A stretch of 64,000 nt of DNA, taken from the NCBI GenBank assembly GCA_052426225.1, contig JBNJNM010000012.1, positions 2,232,001 to 2,296,000 of the forward strand. The letters are read 5' to 3'. Shown in pieces: positions 49,919-62,314 of the stretch (positions are counted from its first letter, which is position 1; each line of letters starts with the position of its first letter). The notes beneath the pieces were generated by a model, which was not told the origin of the DNA, made no database searches, and saw only the letters and a list, made by a program, of their open reading frames with translations. Source of the DNA: Zancudomyces culisetae HAW-14-8 (taxonomy: Eukaryota > Fungi > Kickxellomycota). The position numbers and the translations under genes are program-made.

Positions 49919-52900
49919 TTATGAAAGCTTAGCGTAGTAAGGCCCCATAAACTCAAAGAAGGCAAATTGAGTGGGTTGGTAACCATACTTGTAGATAAAG
50001 TGAGAGGCTAGGTGGGCACTGAAAATGGCACGGAGATAATTTGTAGGAATTCTGGTCATGATAGTGTCAATTCCAATCTTTTGGAGCAAAAGTGGGGGAA
50101 GTGCCTCAGTTAGTACCAGTTTTCTGAGTGGAAGATTGTCCCATAGCTCGGTTGTTTCCAGCTGAGCACGCATATCAACAATAGAACGTGAAACTTCATC
50201 AGAGACTATGGACTTTGGCTTGCCAGTACGGGAAGATTCACGCCAGACGCAATCAAACTCATTTCTGGCATTGCTCTTAATCTTTTCCTGGACGGCCTTA
50301 ACATACTGGTTGTAAAACTCTGAAACAGTACCATCAGAAGATACACACATAAGCTCCTTGTGTTCCTTTTCACTCAAGGCCAAGGAGGCCAAAACTTCCA
50401 GTGAGGAAGAAGTTACGCCACCCTTGTTTGCAGAGGCATCCTTAATAAGATGAACACCAGCATTCTCAAGACGAAGTCTGGCATCTTGAGTAAAGAACAG
50501 GTTGGCACCCTCAACAATGTATTTAAAGTGTGGAACGCCGTTGGCATCAATAAGCTTGGCGACATTGTTTACATCTACAGATTCAGGACGACCACCACAA
50601 GGAACGAATAGAGTGGCACTAGCCAAAGGATTGAGATGGTAGGTGTTTCTAAACTCTAAACCACTTCTTACAAATTGACCATCTGGGAGTGTAATGTTAT
50701 CTTGGTCAACAAGTACGCGGAATCCCTTTGGGCCTAGCTTTGACACATCAAAATGGACAATCATTTTGCGGGCCAGGGCTAGACGGGTAAGCTCTTGTCT
50801 ATCAATGCCCTCAGGATCGTGCAGAACACCACTGCCGTCAACAACTGACACGGTTTTATCTTTACTTATCTTGATTTCATTGGAGCCCAAATCACCATCT
50901 GGACCACCAGTCTGTAGTTTGGTAATCGATGATTCATCAATACCAAGCTTTTCAAGAACGCCAAGAACGTTTTGATGAACGGAAAGAGTAGTCATGCCAT
51001 ACAGATCGTGTGGAATCCCACCAAGGCTCTGTGATTTACCTGTTGTGAAGGCGCTCCAGAAGTATGCGCCTCTTCGACGAGCATGCTGACTTGCCCAGTC
51101 CATATATCCTGCTGTTCCTTCGTCTGGGCCACAGAATAGAATTTCTGGTTTTCCAACCAAATCCACAATCTTCTCATCCTTACCCTCAACATTTCCAATA
51201 AGCAGAATGTCAAGAAGCGCGTCAATGTATTTTTCAAACGATACAAATGGTCTGTCCTGGGCCTCCAAGTCCAAGAGAATTGTTCCTTTGGAGCCTCCTT
51301 CTGGAATATCTTTGTTCTTTCTGTGCTGGGTTGAAGCCAAAGCGTAGTTTTCATCAAAGAGAGAACGTTGGTTTGTGTTATAGCTTTCTTCGTTTCTTGA
51401 TCTAATGACACGGATTCCTCCTCTAGAAATGTCCTGGAATCTCACATGGAATCCACGGAACTCTGCTCCCACCATAAACAATATTCCGTATGGCTTTACT
51501 GGATACTCGATCTCTGGAAGAAAGTTTGGACTCATTCGGAACGCTAGTGCCACCTTTGCTGGTTGGTAAAAGTTGGTCTTTAGCACATTTTTGTTGAACT
51601 CAAGGAAAGATTTCATAATCAACTCTTCGCTGCTGTTCTTTGTATGGCTTCTGATTTCCTGCTCTAGATCTTCAGTGCTCAGGGCAAGGCTCTCGTGCAT
51701 ACGGACCATAGACATGGAGGGCTCCAATCCAGTAGAGCGAGCTCTAACGTAGTGCACATCTGCAAAACTGCGGTATAGCTTCTTTACCAAGTCTGCGTTT
51801 CTCAGAATCACATCAAGAATCAGATCTCGAGTAAATGTTTCCTGTCTAAGTCTCTTCTTGATTTTGTTCAAAATTTCAACATGCTGCTTAGCGGTCTTGT
51901 CGAGAATTGACACCAGAGTTGAATACTCACTTCCCAATCTATTTAAGAAGTGTTGTGCAAAGATCCAGCATACGTGTGCGTATACCACCTCCTGTACTGA
52001 CAGCTGACCCTTCTTAAACATGTTTTTCAGTGGTGTTGATGGAATGCAGTACAAAAGACTTGACTCTCTTGCAACCTGCTCAATAGATCTATATAAATTT
52101 TCTGTTCTTTTGTCGCCCACGGGTGAAAGCTTGATATTCATTACTGATACCCCGTTAGAAAATTGATCAATATGTTTTTCGGAACTATACAGGCCATTGA
52201 AATGATACAAATCTGACATACTTGAAAAGAACCTCTTTGTGCTACCTTGTCTATATCCGACTAACAGTGTGCAGCTGTTAGAGTTATCTCCCTGTACTAC
52301 TTCTATGACTGGTCCCGCTTGCTCCAACACATTGTTAACGATCCGTTGGTAAATCATCTGCTCCTTTTCACTTGTTTTTCTCAAGAATTTCTTGTCGGAA
52401 ACCAACTTGATGTCTCTTGACTCTTCGTCAGTTGGCTCTGGAACCTCAAACTCACACTTTCTGATAAAATATGCCCTGATAGATGATCTAAACGACTCGG
52501 AAATATGTCCTTTAGATCTATGCGACTCGACATTGTATGCACACTTTGGTGTGCTAATGTCCAAGTACTCATCATCAATTCTCTCTTCATAATGGGGACC
52601 GTCTACCCTAGAAACTCCTGGTTCTGATGTGTGTATAAACACTGCGGAATCCTCTCTCTTCCTTTCAAAGTTCAACTCAACTTTTCCACTCTTGATACTG
52701 AAACTACGCATTTGAGCTGCGTATATACCCAAAATGTGCTCAGCGACTGAACTTGGGTCCTCAGTCTCAAAATACATGTCATTTATTCCTAGAGATTCAT
52801 AGAACCATTCTACCTCTGACTTTATCAACTGGTCGGGAATATATCCTTGCTTTTCCAAGATGGAAATAACCTCTGTTTTGTGACACTGTTTGTCAACAAC

Positions 52901-52939
52901 CCCAGCTCTACCGGTGACCAACTGATCCTGTGTTGTCAT
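49919..52939 (-). CDS. GDH2: NAD-specific glutamate dehydrogenase (large fungal type)
   Basis: Intronless 1006-aa ORF with FRGFHVRFQDISRGGIR, KNKDIPEGGSKG, GPDEGTA, GGPDGDLGSNE, VEGANLF and NKGGVTSSS. Confidence 0.97.
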   Translation of the reverse strand: MTTQDQLVTGRAGVVDKQCHKTEVISILEKQGYIPDQLIKSEVEWFYESLGINDMYFETEDPSSVAEHILGIYAAQMRSFSIKSGKVELNFERKREDSAVFIHTSEPGVSRVDGPHYEERIDDEYLDISTPKCAYNVESHRSKGHISESFRSSIRAYFIRKCEFEVPEPTDEESRDIKLVSDKKFLRKTSEKEQMIYQRIVNNVLEQAGPVIEVVQGDNSNSCTLLVGYRQGSTKRFFSSMSDLYHFNGLYSSEKHIDQFSNGVSVMNIKLSPVGDKRTENLYRSIEQVARESSLLYCIPSTPLKNMFKKGQLSVQEVVYAHVCWIFAQHFLNRLGSEYSTLVSILDKTAKQHVEILNKIKKRLRQETFTRDLILDVILRNADLVKKLYRSFADVHYVRARSTGLEPSMSMVRMHESLALSTEDLEQEIRSHTKNSSEELIMKSFLEFNKNVLKTNFYQPAKVALAFRMSPNFLPEIEYPVKPYGILFMVGAEFRGFHVRFQDISRGGIRVIRSRNEESYNTNQRSLFDENYALASTQHRKNKDIPEGGSKGTILLDLEAQDRPFVSFEKYIDALLDILLIGNVEGKDEKIVDLVGKPEILFCGPDEGTAGYMDWASQHARRRGAYFWSAFTTGKSQSLGGIPHDLYGMTTLSVHQNVLGVLEKLGIDESSITKLQTGGPDGDLGSNEIKISKDKTVSVVDGSGVLHDPEGIDRQELTRLALARKMIVHFDVSKLGPKGFRVLVDQDNITLPDGQFVRSGLEFRNTYHLNPLASATLFVPCGGRPESVDVNNVAKLIDANGVPHFKYIVEGANLFFTQDARLRLENAGVHLIKDASANKGGVTSSSLEVLASLALSEKEHKELMCVSSDGTVSEFYNQYVKAVQEKIKSNARNEFDCVWRESSRTGKPKSIVSDEVSRSIVDMRAQLETTELWDNLPLRKLVLTEALPPLLLQKIGIDTIMTRIPTNYLRAIFSAHLASHFIYKYGYQPTQFAFFEFMGPYYAKLS

Positions 52940-55900
52940 TTTTCTTGTCTTTATATTTTAGTTTGTATTTACTTTATTTTACTCAAATAGAAAAAGAAGG
53001 GACTCTTTTAATACGGATGGTGTGTACTAAGATGATATGCAATAGCTCTGAATTGTAAATCAGTTTCCTGGTGAGAAATGCTATCTGTACTGTACCTGTT
53101 TCGGCTATTTAAATTCTTTGTTAGTATTCAGTTCTTTCTGTTTATTGAAAAACAACTGTTACTAGAAGATTTTCTTTTGATCTGGTTTATATACTTTTTC
53201 ATGGTGCTCAAAAATAAAAACAAATTTCTTGGTACTTGAATTTTCCACACCTTTGATTTTACAGCCAGATTATGCTGAATTTTCTTTGAAAAAATAAATC
53301 CTCATAATCCTCGCACTTTTTTATTTTGCTAATATTTCTTATTTTTCCAGCTATTATTCTGAACAACGGAGTTTACCAAGAAAATAACATTCGAGTTTAT
53401 GAACTAATCTACCTATCTCTTATTCCTCCCCTCATCTTTGTTTTTTTTTCGTCCATTTCTGATTTTTAATTATCAGGTGCCAATTATTTTATTTTGGGTC
53501 GAATTATAAGATAGGCAAATGGCTCTAGCGTTTTTTCTTTTTTGCCGTCTTTTTTGTTAATGGAATATGTGCATTTTAGTCGTCAAAAGATTAACCAATA
53601 ATTCATTCTTGTTGATATACTGAATGATTTTATTGCTGCTATTTTTGCAACTTTGATATATGCTCTTTAATTACCTGAGTATCCTTCTTCTTCTCTCCCC
53701 CCCCCACATTTTGGATAATGAAAATGTACAGATAAATTCCACCTATTTACAACCAATACTGATCTGACGAGTAGCGTTATTCCTTTCCCCTTTCCCATTC
53801 GTTTATTTTCTCAAGGCAAATCTATTGATGCTACATCATTTCAACCAAAATGACAATTTTATTTGGGGCATTTTTTTTAACTTTTGAATGTTATGGATTA
53901 GTCACTGTTAACTAAAATCGTCCTATTAATAACTTTGCTTAATTTTTCGTTAACTTTGTACCTCCTTTCCAGTTTTCCAAAAAACATATAAACGTAATTC
54001 TTGTAGAACAATGCGAATTAACGTTAAATAATTGGTACTATTTTTTTTATTTTAGAGAAAAGAAAGGAGGAATGAAGTAAACAAACGTGCTTTCAATGCC
54101 AATAAATTACATAAGCACTCAAAGTGTGGAATCAAGGTCCCTATAATAGCCTAAACCCCATCCCCCCCTCAAAACTTGAACCCATGTATCAACTCTGGAT
54201 GAAATGTAATCAAATACTACTACTTTTTTCTGAAAATGGGTCTAGAACATTAGCGGGCCCCGCACCAAACTAACGCCTCTGAGTCTGCATCATGATGGTT
54301 TATTTCGCGTTCGATTTCCACTGAAACACTTACCCCTCAGTGCATCACATGTGCACTCTCGGTTTTTATTAGCCATTTTCAACTGAATAAAGGTAAAGTT
54401 CAGCGTTCATAATGTAAATAAATAGCGTTTTTGCAAAATAATAATTTCAGCGCTTTCCATTCATTTAACTATTCCTTCAAGCTCTAGGATTTTCCATCCA
54501 TCTTTCTCAAGAATCAGTCCATCTGCTTGACGATTACTTAATTCAGGCACATTTATAATAAATCAGTATAGCTTATTTAGTAAATTTATCAAGTAAAAAT
54601 AATAATAAAAAACAAACGCACCGACTGGTTAACCTACTCAACAGTCGTTTGTTTTTTTGTTTGTTTTTTTTGTCATCAAGGTGCATTATTACGTTTATTT
54701 ACGGATAATAGGAGGGTATGCCATTACGGCTAAATAGAAAAAACATGCAATTAATATGGGTCAGTTAATTATATTTCGTGAGAGCTAAAAAAAAAGGTGC
54801 ATACATGTTTAGAGCAATTATGCGTTTAACGACAGAATGGTATCATATTCTTCCCCAAAAGATAAATTATATTAGTAATAATTTCTCCCCATTTCTTTTC
54901 CCCTTTCTTTTTCCCTTTTCTCCCTTCCCTTTTCCTTTTCTTTCACCGATTTTTTGATTTTTCTTCTTTCTCATTTTTGTCTTTCAACGGACACTCCAAG
55001 GCTTTGACTCTGAGCCGCATTCCCAATGGGGATTTTTTGTTTTGACCTTTTTTGCTAAACGGCTTAGATGAAAAAATAGATGGCATTTTCGAAACTTAAT
55101 TACCTGCAAATTCCATAATTTAATATTTTTAGATGTATTGCCGGTTTGAGAAATCTCACGCACAGGCAATGCCAAATGCAAGCTATTTTCACAGAGGCAT
55201 GTGCACTTTCACCTAAAAGATCAAGAAAACGTGCTAATCGAGGTGAAACGTGGCTAAATACTACCAGCTTGGTGTAACACAAGATGTAGCCCATCCATCA
55301 TCTGAAAATCGTTTGCAAGTGGTATTGAATCACTTGCATTTACCGCCGAAATCAAATTGAAGTCGGGGATTGGATGTGGATGCGGATATGTAAATGGATA
55401 TGGATATATTAATGTAATATAGCATTATATGCTATTTTCTTTCCCAAGCATCCACAAACCTAACTGTTACGCTATTCATTGCTCTTAAATGACACATTTC
55501 AGTCAAGAATGCATAGTTATTATATGTGATTTTGGTACAAACAAGGTCAAAAAGCAAATACAAGTAATGATAGTATAATCATTGTATTGCAGATTCCAAA
55601 ATTGCTGACTCTATTCTAAACCAAAGTAGACTTGAAGCAGCAGTGCATAGCAGAGTTACATGATATTTTGCCTTTTTTTCTAAATGCTCATAATTAGTTA
55701 TCAATATTCTTGTTTTTTCTGCAAACGAGTGGTCGAATTATAAACTATCAAGTGAGTTTTGCTTGCCATTAACACTTTTGACACTGTTTGCTTTTTTTTT
55801 TTTTGAATAGGTGGCGTTTTGTTTTTCTCGCGTACAGTATTCATAATTAAAAGTTACGTTGTACAACTCTGCCTATATTACAAACTTGTCAGAGTAACAT

Positions 55901-57590
55901 CGGTTTCAAAGAGTCAAAAACCAAAACACAAAACACAATTCATAATTCACAATTCACAATACACTCCTTAAGTTTTGTATTTCCTTTCCTGCATTAAACA
56001 ATCCTCTAAATCCTTGTGTTGTGGCGAAAATGGTTAATAAGCCTGAAAACAAATGAGCTTGTAATCATAAATATTCCATCGGCAAACAGCAATCTTGGTA
56101 AATAAAACATTTGAAGCAACAAGAGTATAAATGAAAGAACAAGTTATTTTGGTTTGGATGTAGTATTGAATCCTATTAGAGCTATTTTTTTTAGCACAAG
56201 AGCGAGTTATAGCAGATTAAACAATGATATTTTTTTCTCAACCAAAATAAACACAAAATACAAAATATTCAAAAGTATGATCAACGGTTTGGCTGCATAC
56301 AAAACTTTACGCAAGCGTACAACTTGGGCGTTTGTAATGCTCTAGCACTGAAATATGTCTGCTTTCTAGGAGACAGGCAAACTGTGTCGTATTTTTTTTT
56401 GACTTAAATGCATATCCCTTCTTTTCAGTGGAGGGCAGAAGGGTGGGATTTTCTAAGAGTCAAATAGCTATGGTGATTATTTTTTTTTAATGGGCTATAC
56501 CATGCTCATCACTACAAAACAATATTCTTTGTTAAAGATTTTTACCATAGCCCTTCAACCGATTGACAACAAAGTATGTTGTATAATAAGACTCTGAATA
56601 GAAATAGATTTTTTAAAAGTGTTATTGGTGTGATGAAAATACAATGAAGCAAGTAGAATGAGTATTACAATTAGATTCAACTACAAGCAAATCTACTAAA
56701 CGCAAAACGGAGCCTGCAAAGATTTATGTGCATTTATTATAATTATTTAATTTTTTTTTTTGGCTAGTACAGGTGCAATTCAATACCCTGATGCATATCC
56801 CTAGTGAATGGATTAACATAAAGATGGTATCACCCTATATATCTCTAACGAATTACTTGGGGGGAAAAAAATGAAATTCTGGCTGTAATCTAGATACCTG
56901 TCACTTGATTGTCTAAAAAATTCGAGATTATTTAGTTTAAACAAAAATCTAATTATTCTAAACACTTGGTTGCATGACAGGTTTTATTTTGGATTGTTTG
57001 TCTTTTATGTGGGCTCAAAAAAAAAAGCATATTTCGGAACACGCTTATTAGATTAAATTTTGTTTATTTCATATTGAGGAGTACAACTGACTCGATTGTA
57101 AGAGTCGAAAAAATGGCATGGCACTTGGTAGAATTGGAAATTAAACCTTCAAAGTATGCTTTTTTACCTTTATGCGTTATTCAGCTATTGTGCCCTTCAC
57201 AAAGTGGACTAAAAACGTTAACAATAGTAAATTAGTGAACGTTCTAGAAACTATTATTCCTATTGTATATTTATTATCTAAACAAAACATTATGATAACG
57301 CACAACGTCACCTCATTAATCATGATTGTCGCTTGATGTTTCTATGTTGTTTATTGTATGTTAATATAACAAAAATTTTTTGGCAGGGTTCTGTGTTTTC
57401 TAAGCAGTAAAATAAAGTGATAACTAGTATCCATATTATGGGATATGTAAATGGCAGTTATGTTCTCAGCAAACTAAAAAGATATAAGTACCTCATTAAG
57501 GATTGTTACAGTTTTAATTACATTCCTCAAACAACAAATATATTTCCCTAACTTTATAACTAAAGAGTTAATCCTAAAATACCTAATAAA

Positions 57591-58016
57591 ATGAAGTTCG
57601 TAGTACTCTCAGCTATCGTCGGTTCAGTTATGGCCCAGAGCTCACAAGAGCAATGCTTTTTGACAACATGTAACGGTGACCCAACAAACGTTGACTGTGT
57701 GTCAAACTGCTTCAACGTATCACAGCCAAGCCCAGCAACCTTGGTACAAGCAAACCAATGCTACCTCGAGTGTACTCAAAAGAGCAGCAACCAAGATTAC
57801 GGAAACTGTATAATGAACTGTATCTCACAATACTACAGCGGAAACTCATCAAACTCTGCAAGAAGCTCCGCAGTATCCAGTCAAACTCAGACAACTTCTC
57901 TCAAGGCTGGTGCTACCACAACTTCAGCACAATCAGGTGCTAGCGCAAAGGTTTTGTCTATCTCCGGCGCCTCAGCAGCTGGTGCAATCCTATTGGTAGC
58001 TTTGGGTTTGTATTAG
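57591..58016 (+). CDS. Secreted, probably GPI-anchored 8-Cys cell-surface protein (EMP1/FEM1-like)
   Basis: Signal peptide MKFVVLSAIVGSVMA, an 8-Cys domain, an S/T-rich linker, an SGAS omega-like site and a hydrophobic C-terminus. Confidence 0.82.
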   Translation: MKFVVLSAIVGSVMAQSSQEQCFLTTCNGDPTNVDCVSNCFNVSQPSPATLVQANQCYLECTQKSSNQDYGNCIMNCISQYYSGNSSNSARSSAVSSQTQTTSLKAGATTTSAQSGASAKVLSISGASAAGAILLVALGLY

Positions 58017-59040
58017 AAAAGGTTTTCTCTTAATATCAATAAACGACGGATTATAATACCCATTAATAATGTTTCTCTGATAATTTGTTGATAGCTTCTA
58101 CTATATTTTTTGTAGATTTTGATTTAGTTGTTGCGTTGATATATCAGTACCTCGAGAGTTTGAAATAAAGGCTTGATCGTATTTACAGGGAATAACTTGG
58201 TACATTTCGAATTGGTGTGGTATAATGGCTGATGTAGTTTTACTTCCTTTTTGTTGACTGAAGATTTTGGTATTTGTTGTATTTAATGAGGTGAGTTTAT
58301 AGTGCTATTTCAAGAGACAAATTGGATAGAAGGAAAGAGGAGGAGTGGGATATTATGATTTGGGTATGTGTTCTTTAAAGAAGGTATGGCAAATGGTTGA
58401 ACAAAGATAAGGCGCGATGAGTTCAGAAATTTGTTCTGTGAATTAGGAAATAATATGTATATACATGTTCTAGCGTCTTTGAGTTTATATCTGTATTTGT
58501 ATGTTGTATAAAGATACATATATACATATGTATATTTTAAAATTTTGTCAGTACTGATTGTGATAAGGCATATTTCTGCAACCAAAGGCAGAGGATTCCA
58601 ATGTAGGGTTTTGTGTTAATTTTGTTTGAAGCTATTGTTCTATTCTTTACTAGTTGGAAATACTTGCCATTAAAATAAAAACGTAGTAAAACAAAGTAAA
58701 CGAGGGAAATGTTTGTTTTTGTAGGTTCACATCTACTTCAGCACCCAGCCGCAGGCTTTTTTTCCACTGGTATTTTTTTCCCCTAAATGAGTCAGCCTTA
58801 CCATGCAATTTCAAGCATTCTTTTTTCATAGCAATTTAATGTAGTAGATAACTACCAAAATTTGGTCCTAAAAAAAAAGCTTAAAATCTGCTTAAAAATA
58901 ACTCATTACTTTTCCGATAAAGAGATCTACCTGTGTAAGAGAGTAGGAGATAGGTATAACGATACTAAAGACGCAAAAAAATGAATCATAAGAACAAATA
59001 GAGCAGCTAATCCACATCGAACGTAATACTAGACATATTA

Positions 59041-60522
59041 ATGGCATTGTTTAAAAAAAGGCAGAAGAAAAAGCAGACTAGAAGAAGGGACAGGATAGAG
59101 ATTGAGGAGCCAATATTCGAATTGGAGCATAATATTGTGAATATCTCCAATAAATTGAATGGGCTGGTGCTAGACGATAAAAAAGGCGTAGAAGATGTAG
59201 AAGAGGAGTATATTGGTGGATATTTCTCTGATGAAAATGAAGCTGAACGTAATGACGAAGGCGAGGATAAGTTTGGGACGATAGAGCTAAAAAACCCCGA
59301 GCTAATGGAGATAGACATCGAAAGAGGTTTGCAGAATGAGTCCGTGGATGAGGATGGTATAGTAAAAAGCTCAAGGGCACCTATAAATAAGGTAAACTTG
59401 GGCAGCTTTTCTATATTGAAACTGTTAGGCGTTGGTGGATATGGGAAGGTGTATCTTGTCAAGAAAAATGATTCCCAAAAGGTTTATGCGATGAAAGTGA
59501 TGAAAAAAGCAACGATACGTATCCACAAAAACCAAGCAGCTTTTTCCAAAACTGAACGTACTATTTTAGAAGAGGTACAGCATCCCTTTATTGTCAAGCT
59601 GTACTTTGCATTTCAATGTGAGGAGAGACTATATCTTATAATAGACTATATTTCAGGCGGTGAGTTGTTTTTTCACATGGCAAAGGAACGTATATTCACT
59701 GAGGCACAAGCGGTATTTTATATAGCTGAGCTGACACTGGCTCTAGGACATTTACATAAGCTTGGGATAATCTATCGCGATCTCAAACCCGAAAACTGCC
59801 TTCTTAACTCACTAGGGCATCTGGTGCTTACGGATTTTGGCTTATCAAAGACAGCTATTGGTGAGGGTGACAGTACAAACACTTTTTGTGGAACACCTTC
59901 TTATATGGCACCAGAGATATTTAATCTGGATGTTCCCTACGAAAAGTCTGTAGACTGGTGGTCACTGGGAGTGTTGTTGTACGAAATGCTTACAGGGAGA
60001 GTTCCATTTTTTGGAAAATCTCATAAGCAAGTTTTTGATAACATCAACAAATCAAAAATTCAGTTCCCTAAATACATCTCTGGAGATTCAGCAGACTTTA
60101 TCCGAAAGCTTCTCAAAAAGAATCCTCAGGCGCGATTGGGATTTGGTGTTGATGGATTGGAAAAAGTCAAAGCACATAGATTCTTCTTTGGGTCCAACTG
60201 GAAGGTGCTAATTGAAGACCCATTCTCTATAATACCACCGATTGTACCTGTACTGAATGGTGATGACGATACTAGTAATTTTGATAAGACTTTTACTGAA
60301 GCGGCTGTGTCTATATTCAACGACTCCTCTGAAACTGAATGTGGATATGCTCAGCCTGTTGGCACACAGAACATTCCGATTCCTCGAAACAAAAAAAACA
60401 ATGTCATGGCTTTAGAAGACGATGCAGGGGTGGGTTCTTCAGTTTCCCGTTCAGCGGTGCCCGATGACTTTTTTATGGGCTTTAGCTATGTGGCAAAGTC
60501 TTATACCAGCAACAGGGGTTAA
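59041..60522 (+). CDS. AGC kinase, S6K/Psk1/Ypk3-like
   Basis: Kinase motifs LGVGGYGKVYLV, YAMKVMKK, YRDLKPEN, VLTDFGLSK and TNTFCGTPSYMAPE. The AGC tail has NFDKTFT and the hydrophobic motif FMGFSYV. Confidence 0.93.
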   Translation: MALFKKRQKKKQTRRRDRIEIEEPIFELEHNIVNISNKLNGLVLDDKKGVEDVEEEYIGGYFSDENEAERNDEGEDKFGTIELKNPELMEIDIERGLQNESVDEDGIVKSSRAPINKVNLGSFSILKLLGVGGYGKVYLVKKNDSQKVYAMKVMKKATIRIHKNQAAFSKTERTILEEVQHPFIVKLYFAFQCEERLYLIIDYISGGELFFHMAKERIFTEAQAVFYIAELTLALGHLHKLGIIYRDLKPENCLLNSLGHLVLTDFGLSKTAIGEGDSTNTFCGTPSYMAPEIFNLDVPYEKSVDWWSLGVLLYEMLTGRVPFFGKSHKQVFDNINKSKIQFPKYISGDSADFIRKLLKKNPQARLGFGVDGLEKVKAHRFFFGSNWKVLIEDPFSIIPPIVPVLNGDDDTSNFDKTFTEAAVSIFNDSSETECGYAQPVGTQNIPIPRNKKNNVMALEDDAGVGSSVSRSAVPDDFFMGFSYVAKSYTSNRG

Positions 60523-61143
60523 AAGGGGGGGTGGAGGTTTTTTAGCCGGCTTTCAATTTTCGCAGCGTTTTTCTATCTTGATGTATATTAAGTGTATATT
60601 CAATTATATATATATGTACATATATTTAGAAGGTTATTTGCCTAACGAACTAGTTTTTTGGTGTATGAAGATTCAAGTAAATGCTAACTGTTACATCAAT
60701 AGAATAAAGTTTACAATTAAAACAGCATTTTTCATATTTCGGAAAATTTCGAATATCGAAATACAAAGCCAAGCCTTATTTGGGTAATTGGCTTAAAACA
60801 CCAATTCTAAACAATTAAATTAAATTGAAGGTCATAAAATCACTCGAGTAAATAGATGATGAATCTAAACAAGATAGTAAAAATACACCTGTTTATTATT
60901 TCCAGTTTTAAAAATAGAAAAAGGCAAAGTAAACAAAAAAAAAACCACTAGGAATAAGGATTAATTATAAGTTATTGTAGATCCACACTTTATTCTCAAG
61001 AAAGTGGCCATAAAAAGTGAAGTTGGGGTTAATACGGGCAGAAAGGCAATTTTAAAGTTTGAATATCAAAATTAAAAACGAAGTGCAACGGATACACAAG
61101 ATAAGAAAAGAACTCAAGAAGACACCTAGTAAAGAATATCAAA

Positions 61144-62141
61144 ATGGAGGCTATTAATGATAGCTACCGCTCCACATTGCCTGTAAAAGTAAAATTTTGT
61201 ATATAAATTTAGCTTCAAGCCAAAAACATTTGTGTACATCCAGCCTAACCAGCCTTAATTTGATTCAAATAAAATTCTTTAGTTTACAAAAAGGTCAGCA
61301 AGAAGGGCTACATTACCTGCAAAACTGGTCGTAATACCAACACAGGAAGCAACACAGGCATCTCGACAATTAACCGAAGAGTTTTTTGAGGCGATTGAAA
61401 AGGGAGACAGCGAAAAAGTCAGAATTCTGATACAGAGTGACCGTCTCCTTACCAAGGCGGTTATGAAAAAACCTTATTATAGCTATGATCCAGATGTTGA
61501 GCTTCTAGCATACAAATTTTTAGGGCCCTATATAGGACAGATAAATGGAATTCAATTGGCACTGCTAATAGGATACGATAGTATTGCACTTGATATTATT
61601 GATGCGACTTTTCATGAAGGTATGAAACACACTACGCTTTCCAGTAAATTTATCATTGTGACTCATTATAATAGTCTCACGTTCTAACCCGGGTTTTCAT
61701 TCCAAAATAGATTTAGAGATGCCATTCGGGGTAACAGTTATTTATTTTTTTAATTGAGGGAAAACAGAGCTTATACAGAATGAACTAGAATGCGGTAAAT
61801 ATATAAATGAAAATTCAATCTTACTTATATAGTTTTCTTCTTTTGTGTAGGGTGGAAACACTTCTCTCCATTTAGCTACCTTTTTGGAATCGGAGGTGGT
61901 TGCAAAAGCATTAATTGATCGAAACGTAAACCCTGTTGCCAGAAATTCGCGAGGATTGTCACCTTGTGATCTAACCAGCGATCCAAGCATTCTAAGCATA
62001 CTTCGTCAGGCGACAAATAATCTTCTTTACAAGAAGAATCTAACATGGAGTCGTAGATTCAACACAGATCGGTACTTATACCTTTAAGTCTTTCTACTAT
62101 AGCCAACCTGTTGTTATTTTTGTAGTGTAAATCGGTTTTAA
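61144..62141 (+). CDS. Small ankyrin-repeat protein, about 5 exons
   Basis: Splicing gives FFEAIEKGDSEKVRILI, INGIQLALLIG and DLEMPFGGGNTSLHLATFL..ALIDRNVNPVARNSRGLSPCDL. The first and last exons are less certain. Confidence 0.72.
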
Positions 62142-62314
62142 ATGTATTACTTTTTGTAAAACTGCCCTATACAATGGTCCCATTGAACAAAAAAGTATAT
62201 GCAACTAGATAGCCACAGTATGATGTAACTGTGAATTGAGCAACGCATTTTCGCCACCTAAAAACGCGTAGAACAAAGAAAAAAAAATACACGTCAAATC
62301 AAATAAAAAAATGC

